Shown here: positions 26,596 to 33,572 of the stretch, one piece after another
Numbering within the stretch: the first letter of the stretch is position 1
Layout: every line of letters begins with the position of its first letter
Assembly: GCA_964608995.1 (NCBI GenBank)
Contig: CAZSQS010000003.1
Coordinates: 3,602-67,601, forward strand
Origin: an uncultured Smithella sp.
GTDB lineage: Bacteria; Desulfobacterota; Syntrophia; Syntrophales; Smithellaceae
Direction of reading: 5' to 3'
Length of the DNA stretch: 64,000 bases
Notes under the pieces: model-generated
What the model was told of the DNA's origin: nothing
The model's input: only the letters and a program-made list of their open reading frames with translations
The model's database searches: none
Made by a program: the position numbers and the translations under genes

Positions 26596-27529
26596 GTATC
26601 TTTACGGTCCTGTGCCCTCGCGCCGCCTGGGGCGGTCGCTGGGGCTTGATCTGGTGCCCTTTAAAACCTGCACTTACGATTGCATCTATTGCCAGCTGGG
26701 GAAAACGACACATAAAACGACGGAAAGGCGTGAGTATGTTCCCACCGCGGAGGTTCTCAAAGAACTTCGGGAAAAACTCGCTTCCGGGCTGAAATGTGAT
26801 TATATCAGTCTGGCCGGTTCCGGAGAGCCCACGCTGCATGCGGGCATGGGGGAGCTGATCGCCAAAATCAAGGAAATGACAAAGATTCCCGTTTCGGTCA
26901 TCACCAACGGGTCGCTACTGTACCTGCCGGAGGTCCGCCAGTCGCTTCTGGGCGCAGACCTCGTTGTGCCGTCTCTGGATGCCGGTGACGCAGCGCTCTT
27001 CGAATATGTGAACCGGCCTTCTCCGGCCATTGATTTTCAGCAGATGGCCGAGGGAATCGTTTCTTTTGCCAGAGCGTATTCCGGGCGTCTGTGGCTAGAA
27101 GTCCTCCTGGTTTCCGGCGTGACCGGACTGCCTTCGGAGGCGAAAAAAATTGCGGCCTGGGCCGATAAAATCCATCCGGAAAAAATCCAGATCAACACCG
27201 TGAGCCGTCCCGCCTATGAAGATTTCGCCTGTGCCGTGGATCCGAAACAGATGAAAACGCTGGCCGGCTTATTTTCTCCGGTGGCCGAGATTCTCGAAAT
27301 CACCCATCCCGCTCACGCTGATGAAGCGAATCTGTCAAACGTCACGGACGCTGACATTATGAATCTTCTGGCGAGGCGGCCCTGTACGCTCGACGGGATC
27401 TCTGCGGGGCTTGGCCTGCATCCGCATGAGGCGGCCAAGCGCATCGAACATCTCAGAAACAACAACGCCATAGAAACAACGCGAAACGGGCGGAAAGTTT
27501 TTTATAAATTGACCAACACCCCCTTCTGA
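26582..27529 (+). CDS. radical SAM enzyme with a C-terminal winged-helix-like domain
   Basis: GPVPSRRLGRSLGLDLVPFKTCTYDCIYCQLG (CxxxCxxC), SLAGSGEPTL. 14-nt overlap with the upstream ATPase gene. Confidence 0.85.
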   Translation: MPTFKYLYGPVPSRRLGRSLGLDLVPFKTCTYDCIYCQLGKTTHKTTERREYVPTAEVLKELREKLASGLKCDYISLAGSGEPTLHAGMGELIAKIKEMTKIPVSVITNGSLLYLPEVRQSLLGADLVVPSLDAGDAALFEYVNRPSPAIDFQQMAEGIVSFARAYSGRLWLEVLLVSGVTGLPSEAKKIAAWADKIHPEKIQINTVSRPAYEDFACAVDPKQMKTLAGLFSPVAEILEITHPAHADEANLSNVTDADIMNLLARRPCTLDGISAGLGLHPHEAAKRIEHLRNNNAIETTRNGRKVFYKLTNTPF

Positions 27530-27547
27530 GGAGGCGCCCATCCGCCC

Positions 27548-27997
27548 ATGAATGACGCTTTGGAGACTAAAAAATATATTGAGGCCTGTCGGGAAACATT
27601 CTGGCAGAGGGTTTTCGCTGTTGAAGTGGACTATCTCTGTGAAAAGCTTCTGGGCTGCTCAGATGTTTTGAGCGTTGGCTGCGGTCCGGCATTCATTGAA
27701 GGAGAGCTGGCCGCGAAAGGCTATCGCGTCACCGGGCTGGATATTTCCCAGGAGGCTTTGAAGTGCGCGCCGGATAGCATTCGGACAATGGCTGGCCGGG
27801 CCGAAGACCTGTCGTTTCCAGAGTCCTCCTTCGATGCCGCCATTTTTGTGGCGTCTTTGCAATTCATTGAAGATTACCGGGCGGCGCTTAACCGTGCGGC
27901 GGCCGCATTAAAACCCGATGGCCGGATCATCGCGATGCTGCTTAACCCTGCGTCGGAATTCTACAAAGACCTGCGCCGCAAACCGGATGAATCATGA
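27548..27997 (+). CDS. class I SAM-dependent methyltransferase (short)
   Basis: VLSVGCGPAF (motif I), VTGLDIS, FDAAIFVASLQF. Confidence 0.7.
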   Translation: MNDALETKKYIEACRETFWQRVFAVEVDYLCEKLLGCSDVLSVGCGPAFIEGELAAKGYRVTGLDISQEALKCAPDSIRTMAGRAEDLSFPESSFDAAIFVASLQFIEDYRAALNRAAAALKPDGRIIAMLLNPASEFYKDLRRKPDES

Positions 27998-28026
27998 TCT
28001 TGCGAAATTAAAATGACCGGGAGGGG

Positions 28027-28650
28027 ATGCGTTTTATGCCCATCGATGAAAACGAATTAGCTCAAAATCACAAGCGCTACCGCAAGCGGATCGCGTTGTA
28101 TCGGAAATACGGATATGATGTTGACGAAGAGCGGAATTTTGTGATTGAAAAAGCAATGCCCATTTCCGGAAATATTCTGGAAGCCGGAACCGGAAAGGGT
28201 TATTTTTCGCTGGCCCTGGCCCGGCGGGGCTTTTTTTTCACCACCGTGGATGTCTCGCCTTCGGAGCAGTGGTATGCCGGGTTGAATCTGGGCTATTACG
28301 GTCTGGCGGGCCGCGTTCGTTTTGATGTGGCGGACCTGGAGCATCTTCCTTACGCCGATGCGTCTTATGATGTGATTTTTGCAGTCCATCTGGTTCATCA
28401 CCTCGCGTTAATCGAGCCCGCTTGCAGCGAACTTCTGCGGGTTTTATCGCCTTCGGGCAAAATTGTATTGAGTGACTTCAATGAAAAGGGTCGGGAGGTG
28501 GTGGATCAAATTCACGCCCTGGATGGAAAAAAGCATGAGGTAGGACCGGTGACCCTGGAGGCCGTCAAGGATTATTTGACCGATCGGGGCTTGTGGGTGG
28601 AAAAATATGAGGCAACGCATCAGGAGGTGCTGATGGCGTCGAGAGCCTGA
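28027..28650 (+). CDS. class I SAM-dependent methyltransferase
   Basis: ILEAGTGKGYFSLALARRG (motif I), TTVDVS, YDVIFAVHLVHHL. ATG 28039 is an alternative start. Confidence 0.7.
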   Translation: MRFMPIDENELAQNHKRYRKRIALYRKYGYDVDEERNFVIEKAMPISGNILEAGTGKGYFSLALARRGFFFTTVDVSPSEQWYAGLNLGYYGLAGRVRFDVADLEHLPYADASYDVIFAVHLVHHLALIEPACSELLRVLSPSGKIVLSDFNEKGREVVDQIHALDGKKHEVGPVTLEAVKDYLTDRGLWVEKYEATHQEVLMASRA

Positions 28651-28717
28651 GGCCGGATGGTCCAATGCTTTAAAAAAGGAAAGGGGGCGTAATCCCCTGG
28701 AGGACATTTTTGAGACG

Positions 28718-29587
28718 ATGAAAGAATTAGTAATTATCAGCGGGAAAGGCGGAACAGGAAAAACCTCTGTGGCGGCGTCGTTTGCGGTGCTCGCCTCGCG
28801 CGCCGTGATTTGTGATTGCGACGTGGACGCCGCGGATCTGCATTTGGTTTTAGCGCCCCAAATCCGGGAGCGTCATGAATTTCGAAGCGGGCATGAAGCC
28901 GTGATCCGGCCGGAAGATTGCTCGGGCTGCGGCGTGTGTCAGGAGATTTGCCGCTTTGATGCGATTGCGTTGGTTGACGGCGTTTATCGCATCGATCCGG
29001 TCGCCTGTGAAGGCTGTGGCGTGTGTGTGCATTTTTGCCCTGAAAAAGCGATTGACTTTCCCGAGCGTCTCTGCGGAAACTGGTTTGTTTCGGATACGCG
29101 CGTGGGGCCGATGGTGCATGCGCGTCTCGGTGTGGCGGCTGAAAATTCCGGCAAACTCGTCTCCACCGTGCGCACGGAGGCCAAGCATCTGGCCGAAGAA
29201 GAAAACTTCAATTGCGTTTTGGTGGATGGGCCTCCCGGTATTGGCTGTCCGGTCATCGCCTCGCTCACCGGCGCCTCGCAGGTTCTGGTGGTGACGGAGC
29301 CTACCGTATCGGGCGAGCATGATCTGGAGCGCGTGCTGGGGCTCGCGAGGCATTTTCAGATTCCCGCGTTTGTGTGCGTCAATAAATGGGACATCAATCC
29401 GGAGATGACCTGCCGCATCGAAAAGTCCGCCCGTGACGCAGGCGCTCGCATTGCCGGGCGCATCCGCTATGATCGGGCCGTCACCCGGGCGCAGATTGAT
29501 CAAAAAGCCGTCGTGGAAACTAAGGCCGCTTGCGCTCACGACATTAAAGAGATATGGACTTATTTGAATCAAGCAGGAGGATGTTGA
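28718..29587 (+). CDS. MinD/ParA-type P-loop ATPase with an inserted 2x[4Fe-4S] ferredoxin module (copy 2)
   Basis: SGKGGTGKTS, ICDCDVDAADLHLV, CSGCGVCQEICRFDAI...CEGCGVCVHFCPEKAI, VDGPPGIGCP. Paralog of the 25732 gene. Confidence 0.85.
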   Translation: MKELVIISGKGGTGKTSVAASFAVLASRAVICDCDVDAADLHLVLAPQIRERHEFRSGHEAVIRPEDCSGCGVCQEICRFDAIALVDGVYRIDPVACEGCGVCVHFCPEKAIDFPERLCGNWFVSDTRVGPMVHARLGVAAENSGKLVSTVRTEAKHLAEEENFNCVLVDGPPGIGCPVIASLTGASQVLVVTEPTVSGEHDLERVLGLARHFQIPAFVCVNKWDINPEMTCRIEKSARDAGARIAGRIRYDRAVTRAQIDQKAVVETKAACAHDIKEIWTYLNQAGGC

Positions 29588-29590
29588 AAA

Positions 29591-30499
29591 ATGGAGGACA
29601 AAGAAGTGGAAAACAAAAAAACGTGCAGTTCATGCACAGATTCAAGCTGCTCCGCAAAGGCAAAACAGCAGGGCGAAAGCGATAAGGACTACGCCGATCG
29701 TCAGCGGCTTCAAGCGAGGCTGTGCCGTATTGGGCATAAAATTGCCGTGCTGTCCGGCAAGGGCGGCGTCGGCAAAAGCACGGTGGCGGTGAACCTGGCC
29801 ACGGCGCTGGCGCTCAACGGGCTGCGCGTGGGGCTTTTGGATATCGATATTCACGGGCCCAGCGTTCCCACGATGCTGGGGCTTGAAGGCCAATCGCTCA
29901 AAGGCAATCCCGGTGAGATTTTTCCCGTGGAATTCGGCGGGCTCAAAGTGATGTCCATTGGCTTTTTACTGCAAAATCCCGACGATGCGGTCATCTGGCG
30001 CGGTCCCATGAAAATGGGCGTCATCAAGCAGTTTCTGACGGATGTCAACTGGGGCGATCTGGACTATCTGATCATCGATTTGCCCCCCGGCACGGGTGAC
30101 GAGCCACTGTCGCTTTGCCAGTTAATCCAGCCGCTGACCGGCGCGGTGATTGTCACGACGCCGCAAAAAGTCGCGGCGGTGGATGTGCGCAAGTCCATCA
30201 GTTTCTGCAAACGGCTGGAGGTGCCGGTTTTGGGCGTGGTGGAAAACATGAGCGGTTTTGTCTGTCCCAAGTGCGGCGAGCTGACGCAGATTTTGCCGGA
30301 GGGTGGCGGAAGAAAAATCGCAACCGACATGGATGTGCCTTTCCTGGGCGCCATTCCTCTGGATCCGGGCATTGCGCAATCCGGCGATTCCGGCAAAGTG
30401 TTTATTTATCATTCGTCCAAAACGCCGACGGGAATCATTCTGCAGGAGATTATCGATCAGATTACCGAGCCGGATAAAACAAAAAAAATTAACGCATAA
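29591..30499 (+). CDS. Mrp/NBP35/ApbC-family Fe-S cluster carrier ATPase
   Basis: N-terminal Cys cluster (CSSCTDSSC), SGKGGVGKST, DLPPGTGD and a GFVCPKCG motif. Confidence 0.85.
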   Translation: MEDKEVENKKTCSSCTDSSCSAKAKQQGESDKDYADRQRLQARLCRIGHKIAVLSGKGGVGKSTVAVNLATALALNGLRVGLLDIDIHGPSVPTMLGLEGQSLKGNPGEIFPVEFGGLKVMSIGFLLQNPDDAVIWRGPMKMGVIKQFLTDVNWGDLDYLIIDLPPGTGDEPLSLCQLIQPLTGAVIVTTPQKVAAVDVRKSISFCKRLEVPVLGVVENMSGFVCPKCGELTQILPEGGGRKIATDMDVPFLGAIPLDPGIAQSGDSGKVFIYHSSKTPTGIILQEIIDQITEPDKTKKINA

Positions 30500-30512
30500 G
30501 GAGAATGGCTTT

Positions 30513-30851
30513 ATGAAAATTGCCGTACCGTTAGCCGAAGGCAAATTGACGCTGCATTTCGGGCATTGCGCAAGCTTTGCCCTGGTCGAGGTGGATGATC
30601 AGACGAAAAAGATTCTTGGCCGCGAAGATCTTCCCGCGCCGCCGCATCAGCCGGGTCTTTTACCGCCATGGCTTGCCGAACGCGGCGCAAAGATGATTAT
30701 CGCAGGCGGCATGGGCCAGCGTGCGCAGCAGCTTTTCGCCGAGCAAGGCATCCAAGTGGTGGTCGGCGCGCCTTCCGAGGCGCCGGAAAAACTGATTGCA
30801 GACTTTTTTGCGGGCGCGCTGGAAACCGGCGCGAACGCCTGCGATCACTGA
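30513..30851 (+). CDS. NifX/MTH1175-like protein, paralog 4
   Basis: MKIAVPLAEGKLTLHFGHCASFALVEVD...AKMIIAGGMGQRAQQLFAEQGIQVV. AAGGAG RBS. The track ORF (30303) is an upstream extension. Confidence 0.8.
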   Translation: MKIAVPLAEGKLTLHFGHCASFALVEVDDQTKKILGREDLPAPPHQPGLLPPWLAERGAKMIIAGGMGQRAQQLFAEQGIQVVVGAPSEAPEKLIADFFAGALETGANACDH

Positions 30852-30871
30852 AACATTTCAGGGGGCGCGAC

Positions 30872-31828
30872 ATGGAACAGATGACCGGGCTCAAAGCGGT
30901 GGATAAGATTGAAATCTGCACCTTGCAGGACAACTACATTGAAATGACCGCGATGGACAACAATGCCGTCGTCACGCGGGCGATGGCGATCAAGGACGGT
31001 GAAATCAAAGCGTCCATTCTGGCGGAGCATGGTTTTTCGGCGCTGGTTAAAACCACGAGCGCGGATCAAGTGCACACGCTGCTTTTCGACTTCGGTTTTT
31101 CCGAAGACGGGACGGCCCGGAACGCTCAGAGCCTCGGCCTGAATATGGGCGAGGTCGAAGCGGCGGCGCTCTCCCATGGCCACAGCGATCATACCGGCGC
31201 CATGAAAGCGTTAGGCCGAGCTATCGGCAAAAAACACATCCCCCTGGCCGTGCACCCCACAGCCTTTAAAGCGCCGCGGTACCTGAAGCTGGGCGAGCAA
31301 CTCAAATTCTACTTTCCGAAGTTCACGCGCGAGATGATCAAGGATGCGGGTTTTGAACCGGTGGAAACGGAAAATCCCTATCCGCTGCTTGATTCTACGG
31401 TGCTATTCCTGGGCGGCATTCCCCGCCGGACGGATTTTGAAAAAGGGTTTCCCATCGCCCATCGTCTCGAAGATGGCAAAGAAGCCTGGGACGCCATTGA
31501 AGACGATACGTCGGTGGTGATGAATTTAAAAAACAAGGGTCTGGTGATTTTATCCGGCTGCGCGCACGCGGGTATTGTCAATACAGTGCAATACGCCATT
31601 GATGTTACGGGTGTCGCTTCGGTGCATGCGATCATGGGTGGGTTTCATCTGTCCGGGCCTTTTTTTGAACCGATCATCGACCGTACCGCCGCGGAATTGC
31701 AAAAATTCAAACCGGCCTACGTCATCCCGACACACTGCACGGGCCGCAAGGCGATTATGGAAATCGAAAAGAAGATGCCCGAGCAATTTATTTTGAACAT
31801 GGCGGGAACGAAGCTTACGTTCAATTAA
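30872..31828 (+). CDS. metallo-beta-lactamase-fold hydrolase
   Basis: EHGFSALV..., the HGHSDHTG (HxHxDH) motif and LSGCAHAG. 318 aa from ATG 30872. Confidence 0.7.
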   Translation: MEQMTGLKAVDKIEICTLQDNYIEMTAMDNNAVVTRAMAIKDGEIKASILAEHGFSALVKTTSADQVHTLLFDFGFSEDGTARNAQSLGLNMGEVEAAALSHGHSDHTGAMKALGRAIGKKHIPLAVHPTAFKAPRYLKLGEQLKFYFPKFTREMIKDAGFEPVETENPYPLLDSTVLFLGGIPRRTDFEKGFPIAHRLEDGKEAWDAIEDDTSVVMNLKNKGLVILSGCAHAGIVNTVQYAIDVTGVASVHAIMGGFHLSGPFFEPIIDRTAAELQKFKPAYVIPTHCTGRKAIMEIEKKMPEQFILNMAGTKLTFN

Positions 31829-31947
31829 GGCAAAAGGCTATAGGCTATAGGGACAAGGTTAAAAGCGGAGCGAGCTTTAGCGCATGCCGCAGGTAAACGA
31901 CAAGGGAGTCTCCCTTTGCTAAAGGGGGACTGATTAAGGAGGAGGCG

Positions 31948-33042
31948 ATGAAGATATTGCTGGTTTTTCACAGCGGAGATCCGGGCTGCGGCTGCGGCAG
32001 ACTCCATCACAATGGACGGCAAATCAAAAGTTTTCAGTTGTGGTTCATTTGCCTGATGATCCTGTGCATCGGATCGATTGCTGAGGCGGACGTGATCGAA
32101 CTGGAAAACGGATCGCGCCTGATTGGCGAGATTACCCACATCGACAAAGCCAGCCTCACGGTTAAAACCGATTTTGCAGACTTGCTCAAGGTGGATCTGG
32201 CCAAAGTCCTGACTTACACAACCGATCAGCCGCGAATCGTGTCTTTTCCCGGTCAGGAAGACGTTTTGGGGAAAATCACCTACACCAAAACGCAGACGCG
32301 TGTTGACCTCGAAGACGGGAAAGTTCTGGTCACCGCCGCGCGGCCCGATGCGGCCCGGGCTCGGGACGCGCCCGATCCCAACCGGCGTCGCTGGAGCTTT
32401 GAGTTGGGCACGGATGTCGCGGGGAAAACCGGGAATACCGAGCATGTGAGCGCTGGCGCTCGGGCGCAGGCCAAACTGCAGGGCCCCCAGGATCGCCTGC
32501 TTTTGTATGCGCGCTACTTCTACGCAAAAGACGACAGCGTGGAGAGCGATAATCAGACTGTCGGCGGAATGGACTACGAAACGTATTTTCGGGAAAGGCA
32601 TTCCCTCTATGCGCGCGTCGAGCTTGAAAACGACCGCATCCGGAAGGTCGATTTTCGCGCCACCGGGGCTGTCGGCTACGGCTACTATTTTATCAAAAAG
32701 CCGAATCACACGCTACGGGCTCGAACCGGTTTAATGGCCCGCCATGAAACCTTCCGGGATGAAGCCTCGGATTTTACCGTGGGGCTTGATCTGGGCGCAT
32801 CACATCTGTACCGGTTTGCCAACGCCTGGAAAGTGACCAATGACGTCACTTACACCCCAAGCATTGAGGAGTACCGCAACTACCGGATTTATCATGAAAG
32901 TGCTTTTGAAATTCCGCTTACGGCTTCCGAAATCTGGAAGCTTCGCCTCGGTGTGTCCAATGACTATAACAGCACGCCCGCGATGAATCAGGAGTATCTC
33001 GACACGACCTACTTTGCGCGTCTGGTGTTTTCGTGGGAATAA
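31948..33042 (+). CDS. DUF481-type outer-membrane beta-barrel protein
   Basis: Strong AAGGAGGAGG RBS. Hydrophobic signal-like segment WFICLMILCIGSIAEA. Alternating beta-strand pattern with a C-terminal aromatic residue (LVFSWE). Confidence 0.6.
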   Translation: MKILLVFHSGDPGCGCGRLHHNGRQIKSFQLWFICLMILCIGSIAEADVIELENGSRLIGEITHIDKASLTVKTDFADLLKVDLAKVLTYTTDQPRIVSFPGQEDVLGKITYTKTQTRVDLEDGKVLVTAARPDAARARDAPDPNRRRWSFELGTDVAGKTGNTEHVSAGARAQAKLQGPQDRLLLYARYFYAKDDSVESDNQTVGGMDYETYFRERHSLYARVELENDRIRKVDFRATGAVGYGYYFIKKPNHTLRARTGLMARHETFRDEASDFTVGLDLGASHLYRFANAWKVTNDVTYTPSIEEYRNYRIYHESAFEIPLTASEIWKLRLGVSNDYNSTPAMNQEYLDTTYFARLVFSWE

Positions 33043-33046
33043 AAAA

Positions 33047-33085
33047 GAATCAGCTGGACGGCAGCATCTGCCATCCAGCTGATTC
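33047..33085. terminator. bidirectional hairpin between convergent genes (12-bp perfect stem GAATCAGCTGGA / TCCAGCTGATTC)
   Basis: Read directly, with an A-tract on the 5' side. Sits between the DUF481 stop (33042) and the Spx/ArsC-like stop (33127). Confidence 0.55.
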
Positions 33086-33126
33086 TGTGCATCCTGCGGC
33101 GTGAAGATCGGGTCGGTTGCGATAAC

Positions 33127-33468
33127 TTATAGAATCTCCGCAAGCACCTTGCTGTCCGCGCCAAAGTAAACCGCTTTACCGATTTTTACGACAGGGCGGC
33201 GAATCAGGCGAGGTTCCGAAAGCATCAGGTCGATGAGCTTATCCTCCGAAAGGGATTCGCGCGAAATTCCCAGCGCCTTGAAGGCCGGCGAGCGGAAGCT
33301 GAACATCTCTTCGGCGGCGTGGCCTTTGAGCAGCCCTTGTATTTCAGCCCGCGTAAAAGGGCTTGAAAAAAAATCACGATCCGAAAACGTCACCTTCTTT
33401 TGCAAGAGAAACTCTCTTGCTTTGCGACACGTCGTTCACTTGTTCCAGCAATAAAATTCAATCTTCAT
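33127..33468 (-). CDS. Spx/ArsC-family thioredoxin-fold protein with in-frame TGA (candidate selenocysteine, UxxC motif)
   Basis: The track ORF (33127-33405) lacks the family's N-terminus. Extending upstream in frame gives ATG 33468 (AAGGAG RBS) and MKIEFYCWNK-TGA-TTCRKAREFLLQKKV..., 113 codons in total. The TGA (33436-33438) occupies the first Cys of the Spx CxxCRKAR motif. Confidence 0.6.
33402..33420 (-). promoter_or_regulatory. candidate bacterial SECIS hairpin
   Basis: On the mRNA: UGA, 15 nt, then GCAAGAGA-GUU-UCUCUUGC (8-bp perfect stem, G/U in the loop). Confidence 0.45.
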
Positions 33469-33543
33469 GGACAACTCCTTTTTGACGGCAACGTGAAAAA
33501 ACAGGTAAACCCGCCCTTTTGCTTATTATCGAACAATTCGGGT

Positions 33544-33572
33544 GTAGGGAACGGTTTTAAACCGTTCCCTAC
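33544..33572. repeat. REP1 palindromic element copy b
   Basis: GTAGGGAACGGTTTTAAACCGTTCCCTAC. Its CTA end (33569-33571) is the TAG stop of gcdA on the minus strand. Confidence 0.85.

Noticed and set aside
20207-30851. Possibility that the NifX-like genes mark a nitrogen-fixation (nif) cluster.
   Set aside because: No nifH, nifD/K, nifE/N or a NifB-type (CxxxCxxC plus NifX fusion) gene is present. The domain set matches orp-type loci of non-diazotrophic anaerobes instead.
31836-31851. Short GGCTATAGG tandem (GGCTATAGGCTATAGG), with its complement CCTATAGCC at 62450-62458.
   Set aside because: Only 9 nt are shared. That is too short to separate from chance without a genome-wide count.
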